64,000 bases of DNA. It comes from Ophelia neglecta. Taxonomy: Eukaryota. Every line of letters starts with the position of its first letter. The stretch's first letter is position 1. A program made the position numbers and the translations under genes. Below, one piece after another: positions 38,801 to 52,459 of the stretch. Where the stretch lies: NCBI GenBank assembly GCA_965285935.1, contig OZ260663.1, positions 76,136,001 through 76,200,000 on the forward strand, given 5' to 3'. The notes under the pieces were generated by a model. The model was not told where the DNA came from, searched no databases, and saw nothing but the letters and a program-made list of their open reading frames with translations.

Positions 38801-41800
38801 AATACAATACTGGCTTCAGTCATGCCTCAACAGGCTGATACACAAAATCAACAGGCAATGACACTAACTATTCTTTTAATACTTATTTGTAATCAATTGC
38901 CGAGGACCCAGACTGAATGAGGCGTATTTTAAAAACGCCTGTGTCCGTCTGCGTCTGACTGGTATCCATTGTGTTGCGCCCAGTTGTCATTTTTTCTCTC
39001 CACTAATTAAGATGATGTGATCAGGCGGTATGCTGAGAGTTGTTCTGGTGGCTGACCTAACACAAAGCAGTGAGGGGCTGGCCTTCCTAGTCCAGACAAT
39101 AGACACTGAGTCGGCAAACATGACTGGCTAACCAATCTATAACCTATGACCTCAGATACCTACAACTGATTTGAACTCGCTCAAGCGTGGGCCAGGGAAT
39201 CCTTTGCCATCGCTCTTCTAAAACAATCCCACTGAATGGAATCCCTTTAGCATTCAATCGCCTATTCATAACGCAAGTCATCGGTGCACCTGTGAGTTGG
39301 AACAGGAAAACTAAAGACCCCAATCTAACCATCAGTGTGTTCATACAGTGTTCAGAAATAAAAGAAAACTAATAATAATGTTTGAGTAAAGTCTTACCCG
39401 ATTCAGCAGCAGAGAAAGTCCAAACATGGGCAGCCTTGGCATCACAGTGAGGACAAATATCAGCCCCAAAACTGGCATGTATCATAATGTGCACATTCCA
39501 CTCTAATGATAGCCGTTAACTCCAGTTAACTCCACGATGGCAAATTCCAACAGCAATTAACATGCGCAATGTCTGAGTTGCAATGTAATACTCCTGGGTG
39601 TGGATGGCAGTCGCTAATGATTACAGTATATTATTGGGTCTTTCCCAGAGTTGAAGCCAGGCACCCTTGGTCACAGTTGGCGACCCTGAGAGTGGACAGA
39701 GGGTGATCTCTGCTGAGAGGTCAGAACAAAATCTTCTTCCCAAAACTCATCCACCATAGAGACACTCGGAGGAGTCGCCCAGCCAGCCCTCGATCTCGCC
39801 TCTGAGCCAAGAAGCTCCCTCATCAAAACTAACCAGCCTTCAAATGCACTCCAACCAAATGAAACAGAAATTAAAGTAGCCTGTCACATCTGATCAATTA
39901 TATTCACAGCTTCATGCAGCACAGGCGAATTTATCAAATCCCATAGACTGCGGCATCCAACTCCCGCCTGGCCGAGTGGCGAAGATAAAGGATTATGGCC
40001 TGTGTAACTCTCGGAGGGCCCCGACCCAGCCTCTGACAGATATTACCCCTGATAGGCAGGATTGGGCATAATTATCTCATCTTTACTATTGGCTGGTTAA
40101 ACAATCTTCTTTCACTCAAGCTACAATCAGTAATGTCCAGTATGCCCGGAGCAGGGGACTAGTAGAAGAGGAGCTGGCCTGCGTGATGAGGATGAATGTT
40201 GGCCAGCGACCAGCACTGCCCTGCCAGGCCAGAAGGACCAGGGGTGAGCCGGATTGACCTTCCCCGGATCGACCCTACAGTCTTGAGCCACTTTCCCACA
40301 CAGCACCGGGAGAAAGTTGAGAACTCTTTAATTAAGGCGTCACTGGCATACTGGTTTTCATTTATTTCGGCCAGGGTGCTAAAATTACATGCCAGAGGAG
40401 GGATGGAGCTTGGCACTAATTTTTACCAACTGATCTTTCAGACCCAAGTTCTCCAGTGCAGACAGAGTGGAAAGTATTAATTACTTTACCATTCCTGTCA
40501 TGAATCTTTATCACTACTCATATGTTTTCATCAACGCCACCCCTCCCAAACTCAAACATTTCATCACGCATGACTGCCATTATTGCTCCAATGTCTTGAT
40601 GAGAAAAACAGACGGAAAGTTTTCCAAACTTTTAATGAGTAGAGATTGGAGCTGGACTTTGGTTTTCTCATGTGAACTCATCATGCCTGCGGTGATCTGA
40701 CCTGACCAAAGCCAGATCTCCATGCTAATAGTGTAAAAAAAATTACCCTTAGTCAGAGAAACCCAGAAGTGTTGGCTGGAAAAATTGTGCTATCATACAT
40801 AGTGCCGGCCTCATTAGATAAGTCTGGACCTTGTTTTTTGATAGCCCCAGCATGTACAAAACCAGAGCAAAATGAACTGAAATTGTTTGTGGATGTTTAC
40901 ATACCCATGGTGCAACTGATTTCAACACTCCTCTCGACTTTCCACTAATAGAAACGGGATCACTTACACTCCAGTTCTAATCAACCGATAATGCAGAGGA
41001 AAGGTCAAACACATTGCATCTGTAGCACCCGGTTGGTCCACAATCCAACGTCACTACTTCCTACCTCCACTTGGTATCAACCCCCCCAAAAAGAAATGAT
41101 AGAAGTCTCACATTGAAGACCAGCCAAGCAGCAAGAGTCTCCTGCAATATGAGCGGCTATATAACTAGCAGGGATTCCAAGATAATTCCCAGCTCATTAC
41201 TTAGAACTAACATTAGCTAACATTTGGGCCAGGCTGCATAGTTGAGTATTACACAGCCAGACATAAGTGTTTTAATTACTCCCAAACATTGCAGCCGCTC
41301 AATGATACAGGGCCAAACGTATCAATTTCTCAGCCTTGCCTCAGCACTGGCTTTATTTTAGCCTCAATCATGCTGATTCAGTTTCTCATTAAATCCCAGC
41401 ACTCAGGCGATGATATTTGCCAGACTGGCATATTTAGTTGCTTGAGTGCTTATCTTCTCCAATCTAACAGGTCAACATTTTTTGCATGGTAGGAGCAAAA
41501 AGTCTCCTTGCCGCTAGCTACTGATAAAATCCAACATCTTCGAGTCAATAGGGAATCTATTCTGTGGGCCTGATAAACAACGAGCTTGTTGAACTGTATC
41601 AATGTTACTTGTATTATCACAAGAGGCCTCCCCTCAATACTATATTTTATTTAACCAATTGTAAATAATTAATAAAAAATTCCCCTCTGAGATCACTGGA
41701 CAAGACACACCTATCTGTAAGAATTTCTAATTTGTAGGAACAATAAATTAATATTAAACACTCTGATCAAACTGCAATAAACAGTGCATCTGGGTTTTTT

Positions 41801-44800
41801 TATTTACTTTCATAGGAATATTGACTGATGGCAGTAGGTGTTATCTAGCATCAGACTTGAGGTGTAAGATCGAAGGTACATAATTAAGTATTCACACCTC
41901 TGGACATGAGAAATGGAGCAGTTAGGAAGCAGTTATGCCTTTAAAATACACTTGGCCTGCGGCTGTTAAGCCATTGGATGAGGAACCTGTCTTGAACAGA
42001 AGCCCTGTGGGCCATTTGCACCTGCTCTGCAAAGACGGAGGCTCCAATGTAGCTGATGCCAGACAAGAACAGTACATAAAACATATGTCCGCAAATGGAG
42101 CTCTCTAGTAGAACCTGAGATGGTCTGTGGGCCGTTTAGCCAATTAATGGCACCCATGTCCAGAAATTAAGTCCATGAGGCATGCCATTTTCCAGTATAG
42201 CACTGCCAGTCTTTATCTCAGACTGGCGGCAGCACTCGTTACATGGTCGGTGACCAGGCACAGGGTAGATCCCCAGGGGTTGTAAGGCTGGGCTGGCGCT
42301 CAGGGAGTGGGAGGGGTGGGAACCACTGGCAGGGAGTCGGGAAAGGGGTGGGGAGCAGCATTCCCCCTCATAGTTATGACCCTGCAAACAAGGCTCTGTA
42401 TGGTGAGACAACATTTACCACAAATAGTCCCCTGGGGAGGCATCAGCAGCAATCACACTGTTGTGTTCTGGTGCCGGTTGGGGCGACCAATTTTCTGCAT
42501 TCCTCCAGTCAGTGCACTGACTACTGGCTGACCACAGTGGGAGAGTCCACAGGCCTGCCTAGCAGAGGCTCAGACAGGGGTGGCAGGAAGGCCGCCTGTC
42601 TAAGTGGGACATGGCAATCTCTCAGGCAGCCTCCTCCAGTATGCCTGTCTGACCTGACCCCAAATGTCCAACAGCTATGCCTGGGTCATGGACGAGTTCA
42701 AGGCAGGGCGGGATCAGGGGAGGGCAGGATGGTTGAGTCAATGTCCTGTGACATTGGCCTTCACCGAGGCTCATAGATCAGGGCCCGCCAAACTGCCTGT
42801 CATAACACTACAATGGCCAACAAGAACTATCAAAGACTCTTCCACTGCAGAATAAATGGCTGCTCAACACAAAGGCGGCACAACTGTGGATTGATTCTGG
42901 GAGACAGTCGAATTGACCAGTCATCTGAAATAAGTGATTAAAATTTCGATACTGGCAAATGTGTCTGCATCAAGTGATCGCCTGGTCATATGGGCTTGCT
43001 TTGTGTGACTGATAATTAAAGATATAACCATTGATTTTGGAAATAGCACAAGTTGAGTCATTCATAATTATAAAGAATCTTATCAATATTGCTTAGATAA
43101 GACATACCATAGAGAGGATCAATAAAACTGATGTCTCATTGATTGAAAAACTACCTCATTTCACATCTGCATATAAATTAAAGTGAAAATTGCACCATCA
43201 AAGTTTTCTTTACAGAAAAAAAAGGTTACTTCAATTGGAAAAAAATCGTTATAGTAGACTTACCACTGAAGCATGCCCTTCTTAAGCCAGTGTTTTAATA
43301 CAAGTAACTATTTATACATGCATGTTTAACTTACAGTTTCAGATGAACTACCCACCCATGCATGCAAAATTGGTTCAAGCTACCACAATTTTGCTGAACA
43401 ATGTATGAAATAATTAAAGAATCCAACCAACCTGTTGTGCAGTAAAGGTATGTTCATCAGCGCATACCTGAAACGCAATAAAAGTGCTTGTTAATGAAAC
43501 AAATAAATCTGAGAAAGCTTTTTCATATTTTAAAAGTTTTTATCATAAGAACAATATGTAACTACCATTATCTTAGTGATAAGATATCAGAACAAATTCT
43601 GTTCATTATGTTTTAATTCAAGCCAGTAGAAAAAATTAAACAGAGAAGACAAATGTGGGAGTATTAATATGTATCAACTGACACATTTCTGAATCACACT
43701 ATATGAAAACGGACAAAAGATAACCTAGCCTGAGCATAATTTGTACAACCTAGCTCACAAGGGGGTCTATTGATAAAAACTATAATTGCAATGTGCATAT
43801 ATATAATTTATAGTGGCCCAAACCCATAAAAAAGCAATTACATTTGCTAACATCAAAGCTTCAGAGGAAACAAAACTAGATGGGGCGAATGTGCCGGACT
43901 TAATGACATGGCTACATTGATTAGAAAAAGAGCCAAGCTCAGTACTAACGATTTCCACTGGCCTTTCACCTGTATACATATTACATATACAGTCACCTAT
44001 TGACAATGTACATTTGTCATTTCTTGCTATCAGACACACAATAATTGCTGAATATTGTATTCGACCTGCCAATGCATATACAATCAGGCAAAACAAAGGC
44101 TGACAATTATACAGACAGAGGGCACATGGTTTTAATAAAGAACTGGCCTGCAATCTGCCTTGTTTAACTGGTTATCACAATCCATACTGGCAGGTCAGCC
44201 TGATGAATGTGCTTCAGAAGCATTGGCCATAGATTATTCAAAGCAGACCAGAATCCTAATGAACTTTAGGTCTGACATAAACTTTTGATCAGAATAATTG
44301 AACATTATTTTAACAAAATTCCATTTGATAATGAGTCCATTTGACATTTCCCGAATTTGCACTTGAACAACAGAACAATCCGTTTGGCTTAATTTGCCCT
44401 ACAATAAATCAGAATAATTTACCATGTAATGTTGCTATTACATATATTTTATCTCCTAAAAAGTTAATATTCACATTAATATGAAATATAATTTCCATTA
44501 AATTTGGATTTAAACAAACACCTTTATATTCTAATCTACAATTTCATTAATTATTTGTCATAATATGATAATCCAGTTGCAGTACATAGGACAGAATAAT
44601 TTAATATTTGACAGCATTGAACTTTTTAGGATCTTTCTTTTCACTGCAGCTTGTTGGTGGTTGTGAAACTGCTGGGTTCTAAAATGAAAATGGTAATTAA
44701 CTGGTTCAGAAATTACAAGTAAATGAAACACTAAAAAACACTGCCAAGACAGAAAAACACTGACAAAACAACTCCTCCTTTGTCTAATACGAAAAATCGA

Positions 44801-47009
44801 TTAAACATAATTTATAAAGTGTGCTGATATCCTCAGCACATGCAGATTTAATACCTAATTCCAATGTACATGTATGAGGGAAAATGCAGTAATTCAAAAT
44901 CCATAATGTAGATGGTATATTTTTGTTTGCTTCTTTGTTTTGTGATAATATCACCTGCTTTTAATTGACATTTTGACAGTCAAGGAAAGGGTAGGCCTGG
45001 CTTGGAGATGATTGTGGCTGAGGCTCTCTAAGAGAGATAGATAGGTGCTTCATACTGATTGGAGAAAGGATGATGTGGAGCCAGTGTCTTACTGGCACCA
45101 ACCTGCCATCACCACTATCACAGCCAGTGGAGAACAATTTCTGGAAAAACATCTTAAAAACTACAGTGAGAGGCATCTGACAGTGGGTGAAGTGCATCTC
45201 TCGGCATAGAGCACTGGGGACACATTAATTAGTCGGCAATGGACATGGCCTTTCCTCAGAGACACATCCAGGAAACAAGCCATGAAGGCACAAAGGTGCT
45301 TATCTTGGGCAAGACTTGAGCTATACACTTGGCCTGCCACTAAATTGGCTCATCCATTGACCGACTGTGTAGATCTGTAGGCCTGCATGGCCCGTACAAT
45401 GGTCCCCTAGCAGACCAAATACCTGCCGCTCCCCTGATAAGCCATCTTCAACTTTTTAAAACCATCCCCAGTTGCTGCCACTGCTGCTCTTCCTTTTGGT
45501 AAAGTTCAACTGTTAAGTACAGAACCGTTCTGGACCAAACCTACAATAACTGGGCATGACAGCGTTGAGGGGTGTACACTGGGGTAGCTTATCTTGTTAT
45601 GTGTTTTCAGACTGTACAGAACATGTACAAGTCAAGTAGGAGAAATATATAGACATAAAATGGCATAAATTTGACATTAAGGGTGGTTTCATAGCAACTT
45701 AGGTCATGATTTATGCACCTCCAAGGAGGATGATCTAAGCCATATCTACAGTCATCTACCCGCCATCAAACATTCATTTAATGTTCCAGTAATTGTCACT
45801 GGAAGAGTGTTTATTTCCAGAGCATAGAAGGCTGAAGTTCTAGGCGGTACAACTGGCAGCCAAGTCAGAAATTACTTGTATTGGCTGTTGTGATGAACAC
45901 AGAAACAAACATAACACCACAATTATCCAATGAACTCCCTGAATATATTGGGAGGCGAACCCATCAGCAAAATTTCCAGTAAATATCACAATCACGCAAT
46001 ATGATCGCATTGACAATGTCATGAATTTGTAAAGCAGGGTGATCAACCGGGTTAGATACTTGGAATCCTTTTTTATAGCTCATTCCCATAAGGTATTCTG
46101 TAAATCACTGCAAACGTGGGCCGACCTACTGGGAAAATCAGAGAGCCAGCTTTTCGAATTCTGATCTTCTCATATTCGGTCGCTTTAGCAGGGCTGATTT
46201 TCCATCAAAGATAAGTAAAAATCTAATCTGCCTTTCATCAGTGGCATTGCTGGAAATACATAATATGGAAATGTCCTGTGGTGATATTGCCCTGCATTAA
46301 CTGGCAAGGTCAACAGTGTGGCGACCTGCCTAGACCCTGCACAGCCAGGCTAAACTGGCTGTTTCCCTTACAGCAAAATGCATTAATCCAACTTTAATCA
46401 TTTATCATAGCTACAATTCAAATATTCATTAGGCAAGATGAAGTTAGGATTTCATTTCCACCTCCATGCATACCAACGAAGGCCAGCGGTTGGGCCGTGC
46501 CGGCTCTTGGAGGAAAGGCAGGGACAGGATCAGGCCGGAACTAGACAACCGACTCCCTTCACTCTGCACCTACCAATATCCATACTGTCTCTAATTAATT
46601 CTCTGATTGCATGAGCATTCATCATCACTCCAATTATGCAGTTCATGTGCTTCAATGCTCTGCTGACTGGACTGGGCATTAAAAGGCATAAAATAATGTT
46701 GATTTCTAGGAAAACAAGAGAATATGGAACATTGCTAGCCAATAAAATTGGTGATTCCAATTCTGATTTACTTTTCAAAATCATTTTCTCATAGAATATA
46801 GTGTTAATCAAATCAATCGCATATTAGAATATTCCTCAGAAATAGGGATGAAAGAATAGTTGAATAATAAATCACACAGGGTAGATTTCAGAGGAGTCCA
46901 GAGATTATATTACCTCAAGTTAGCAGAATATTATAAAAGTAGTTCTAGGAATTCATAGACTGAGTCAGTTATTACATGCATTGTGTGCTATGGGTGTTGC
47001 CCCCAACAA

Positions 47010-47060
47010 GGGGTTTTCTACAAACATTTAAGTACGGGGTTTTCTACAAACATTTAAGTA
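47010..47060. repeat. 25-bp perfect tandem duplication with a 1-nt spacer
   Basis: ggggttttctacaaacatttaagta at 47010-47034 and 47036-47060. Confidence 0.9.
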
Positions 47061-50021
47061 GGAAATAAAAGTCTGCCATCATCACAGGGAGCCTTCCCCC
47101 CCCCCCCCCCCAGAAAATGTTTCTTCTACAAGTATAAGCATATATATGTCTGATACAGCTCAGATCTAGTAGACTAGGTCCATATGCACATGATCACAGC
47201 TTTAAATCCACCATGGTACCACAGCATCCAGTCACCCCCTGCATGGTAACTTTGTGTCATAAGCCACCAAGGAATACTGTATTAATTATTTAGTAATGAA
47301 ACATATGTCATCTTTATCACAATAATCAATGACCTTCCATCTCATCTAGGTCAGCCTCACAGCTCAAATACCAAATTCATTAATATATATCACTGTCATA
47401 TTGAGCAAGATTATTGTTGATTGAGTCCAGTATGAAGAACGTTATTAAGGCTCAGTCTTATCTACACAGATTTTGCAGATCTTTGCAGTCTCTTGACATT
47501 GTGGTCTTCTCCTTTGGTCAGACAAAGTAGTTCAATTGTCTAGTCAACTTAGGAAAATAAAATCTTAATCCCTCAGTGTAATGGCGTCTGCCCAGCGTAC
47601 AGTCTTCACGGCCCAGTCAAGTCATTTTGATATTTCTTTCATAGGGCCGCTACCTCATTAGGGTATTGTCAGGTCTCTAAGAAAGCACCCAATAAAGGAT
47701 ATGAGTAGCACGATGCTGGACCTGAATAGATAATTAGGAACCATTTCTGCCCTTTGTGCCAAATTAGGGCTTTTATATTGCAACCCTCCACACTATTTCA
47801 ATTATCATCGTATCATTTTGGAGATGGCCAGAATCTCAAAATTCACATCATTTTGCTTGAAAGCATTGTGTCTATGAAAAGAAAATGAGAAGAAGACTGT
47901 GAGAGAAACCAAATTATGTCCAGTATTGGACCTTTCCAAATTAATGACCACCTTTGAATTCAAGTGCTGGTTTCATCAAAGATCATTTTTCCAGAAACTG
48001 AAGAAATTGAAACCCTACTGACAGTGTGCAAAGAAGTGAATGGATGGCTTTCCACTCATTTATTATTATTCATCTTGACCCTAGGACCTTGGGCAATTAA
48101 CCGATACGGGCCACGCAAAAGACAAAGTTTGGTGAAAGCCGATAAAAGTGACATATGAAAGAGGCACTTCCTGATCTCAATACACTCAAATCTACACGGT
48201 TATTAGGAATTGAATTGTTGATTGAGATTCGGTAAGTCTGCAGACGTTTGAAAGCATTTTCAAATTGAAAATTATAAAAGATGAAAACTGAGACAAAACT
48301 GACACCAAGCTCTCCTCAACCAGCCAATTGTCAGACACCGTATCTACAGTGGGGCAAGTTTGGAAGAAATTTTGGAAAAGCCAGGCATTGAGAACAAATA
48401 AGAAAGTAAGTGTACGAGGCATCATCATTGCAAAGGTAGCAGTCGCATGTAAAATAAGGCCCTCCGTAAAATTTATCACCTCTGTGATCAAATAGTTTGC
48501 GTAACACGACTCCTAACACACAGGTTAATGATAGTTTGACACGGACCATGGAGACACATGCACCCCTATTCACCCCTTTTCACCAGAACAAAGGATGAAG
48601 CACAGCCACTTTTAAACTCCACTATCTTCCAACTAGCTATAACACTGAGGCGGTGACAGTGTTTTATAGCTCTGACATCCACCCTCCCATGAAATATCAA
48701 CTGCAAATTTAACCATTAGATAAATTAATAGACTCACTACTGGCAGGGGTGAGCTAGATGTACAGATAGCAACAGGTAGGCACCTTCACTGAATGGCATG
48801 CAAATTGTGTTAAACTTTGAAGTTGAGAACTTGAATACATCATGCACACTGCCACCACTGAGGACACTGTCACAGGAGGATAGAGACAGACCCAGCCACA
48901 CTTAAACCCTGAGATGACATATTGCTACAAAAACCATGATAGACAGCTTCATATTGTGTTTTGTTCCAACATCTGGAATGGTTGTCACTCTTGTTTCTTT
49001 CATAATCAGTTTTAAATAATTACATGACATCTTGTCCTCTACATATTGCCATAAACTTGGAAAGCTACCAACTGGAAACAAAGAGGTCAACTAATGGAAG
49101 AGCTGACAGAGAAGGTGTAAAACAATTGATCTGGGCAAGCATTTGCTCTTTACAAAAGAAAATGTTTGTCTGCCAAATTCAAAAGAGTCTCCTTGATGAG
49201 AATTCAATAATCACTGATGTCAAATTGATTTAATCAATAACTTGGTGCAGAGTAACATTCACTTATGATTAATGCAGAGAAATTAGATACCAGATTTACG
49301 TAAAGTACCACATTGACAACCAATTTTATAAGTCAATAACATAGCAATTAATTTTCCATATGATTTTCAGCAGGTATGAATTAATGAATGCACCAGATGT
49401 TACGAAAACAAGACATGGCTGTATATTTTTGTTTATTACCTGAGGCGTATCCTTAGGGCTTCATCAGGTAGAAATTCTTTATTTTTAAGTTGACTTCATT
49501 GGGAGTCTAAAACATCAATAACCAATTTGAAATACACCTTTGTGCAACAATGAACAATGAGCTAAAATTTCCAGTGATTGGTATAGAATTAATCATCGGT
49601 ATGGTGTGATTAAAACAGGTCAAAATCTGTATCCTAAAAAAGATTTGACGACTTATCCCTTTTCATTGTAGGCGAAGCAATTTTCACAATTGTTTTTAAA
49701 TGTTCCCTAGGGAATCTGAAAGCTGTTACTTATAAGCACATGTAAATAGCACAACATACACCTTCTAAGTTTATCCGTTACTTATACAGGTAGACAGGTA
49801 CAGTAGTAGTACATCAACATGTTAAACGCATAGCTGAAAAGTCTTGTGGTCCTACCGTGATAGTGTCAGATGCTATATGTACATTAAAATGCATTTGGCA
49901 AATCATTTTATTATGGCACTCATTTTTTAATGCATATTATTTGAATAGTTAACTAAAGCATATTAACAAATATGTCTATTGCTTTCTTGCTTTCGATAAT
50001 TATGCATCCAGTGCAAACCAT

Positions 50022-50089
50022 GAGAGAGACAGTGAGACAGAGAGACAGAGAGACAGACAAGGACAAAGACAGAATCAGTGAGACAGAGA
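50022..50089. repeat. Degenerate (GA)/(GACA) simple repeat
   Basis: gagagagacagtgagacagagagacagagagacagac... Confidence 0.8.
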
Positions 50090-52443
50090 TTCTACATGAC
50101 AGTAATGTGTCTATGTACCTGTATGTTATATTATTAAAACAAATCAAATTTGATTATGCACATTATCAGAAAAAAAACTTAACATTATCCCAAGAACATA
50201 CCAGCAAGAACTCCTGTGGGCTACAGTGTTCTGGGTAGAGGAGGATGGGATGTACTATCATAGTGACCACTGCTCAAGGTACTGTTTTCGGACATAGGCT
50301 CAGGTGTGTAACTCCACAAGACCAGCCAAAAACAGGCTGCTCGCCTAACTACAAGACCATAAAGGATCACTCCAGCACTAATACCAAGATCCATGGAGCC
50401 GCAGGATATGTCCTTGATATATTGTTTCGATCATACCTTGTAGGAGAAGCTATTTTTCACTCTGAGTACATGTCAAGTAGACTCCAATGAACTGGTGTCT
50501 CCCACCAGCCAACGCCAAAGATGGCACAAGAAAATCTCATTGCTCGGCCATAACCATCTGGCTGCCTCTTTAATCACTCATCTATCTTGTGCTAACCAAG
50601 ACAAAGACTATTAGTAGCCTGACTGTGATGTAAGAATGCCTTCAACTCTCATAATCTAGCAATGACTCGCATGCAATCCCCCTTGGGGGATGTCCTCCTG
50701 CTAATTGTGGGCAGTGACAGGGGATGTGGGGTGACAGGACAGGGGCATGTCGGACTACCTCCCAAAGGAGGCTGCAACCAAGTAATCCTGGGTTAATATC
50801 AATGTCCGGTGGTCCCCCTCGCTGTCCTTAACTAACTCTGATCTACAACCACTCTACCATCACAAATCTAAATACATACCTACTTTATTATAGAACAAAG
50901 CAGGTCATAGTTAATAAGACAAATTTATGTCTTCCATGACATGCAACTTGAAAAAATGCATAACTTTATTTTTTATTACCACATATAAGCAGTTGCATAA
51001 ACTATGGCTTATGGTCACAGTTATGAAATATTTAGATAGTTGAGGTTTTTTCCATGCCACCTTAAATATGGTCATATGGTAAAGTCATTTTGTATGTAAT
51101 TACTGTGCAGAATGTTTTTTGCCATTTTTGCAACCTACACTATTTCAGAGACACACTATTAACTAATTCCATGGGAATGAAACAAATAATCATCAGAAAA
51201 CAAAATCAGCATGGGTTTGCTCATAAAAGGAATCCATGCCATTTTAGAAAAAGGGCCTCAATCTGCAAAATCTAGCTAACAAGGGCCAAAGGCCTCTACA
51301 CAGCAAAATCTAGCTAGTTCAGATGCAATATCTATATCAGTGAATGTATATGCTTTGTTGACTTTTACAGGGAAGTGGTAATAAAATCATTACCTAGTTG
51401 CAAGGTAAGAAGACTGGCATAGTATCAGAACCTGCAATTACACAAAGTAGTACTACCAAAATTTTAAACCAGGCAAAGATAACGTTACCTAGTCGCTGTT
51501 CTTAGATACATGGCACACCAACACTAAAGCAACAGAATTTTTCTCCTTTCAGATAGTAAATTTGTTGGATATTTTGTAGTCTATAATGTCTCCATTGTCA
51601 GTCACAGACCTCCTTTGGAAAATATGCTTATTGAAATTCTTACTGAATGGTTTTGAAAATATGTTTATTCTTAGGACACTTTACAGACATCTAATTTGCA
51701 TATCTGTTTGGTACCAAAAGTGTTGATGTTGCTTTTACAAGACATTATCTCATATATGCAATACAGTACAGAGACATTTGTCTGCTGATTCTTATTATAT
51801 TAACATTGATCTATCAAACAGTATCCAAAAAAATCCAACCTTTAACACGAGACATATACAGCAATATGTAGCATTGCCCAGGATTATATATCAGATGATG
51901 AAAGGTCAGGCACTGCCTGCTTGTCACATCCAAACAAAACCATTCATACACCAAAAGTAACCCAGGCAAGTTCCCTCATACCTCATCATGTACTTTACCT
52001 AGGTCTAAGAAAAAGCCTAAGAAGAGCAGGATATTTTGTCTCTTTTGCACTATGCAGTAGACATATATGCCTGCTGATTCTTGTAATTTTCATGTCAATC
52101 TCTGACGGGGAGTCTGGACAGAGCAGCGTTTTTATCAGAATTATGACAGTTGTATTGTACATGGGTTATATTACGTCATGAAAGGTTATTTCCTACAACA
52201 ACTTCCTACCGAAGTAAGCAGCATGGTACACAAGCTCTGTGGCACTCCTCTCCACTTTGCCCAGTTCTAGGATAAAAAAATATGATATACATCTTATAGT
52301 CAGTTATGTAATACACAGCAGAGATAATTGCTTGCTGTCATTTGCTGTCATTTTCATGTCTATCAGACACTCAGTTTCCTGCAGAAAATAACTTTTTATG
52401 AACTATTTATCAGCCATTTGCTGCCATATCATATTCTAGGGTC

Positions 52444-52459
52444 AGGTCATGAAAGGTCA
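52444..52459 (+). promoter_or_regulatory. Perfect nuclear-receptor DR4 element
   Basis: AGGTCA-tgaa-AGGTCA, with an extra overlapping GGGTCA at 52439 and CCAAT boxes just downstream (ctgattggtt ~52472, ggccaatc ~52490). Motif match only. Confidence 0.5.

Noticed and set aside
42243-42776. 177-aa ORF
   Set aside because: Low-complexity G/S/R-rich translation of a GC-rich patch, with no domain or splice support.
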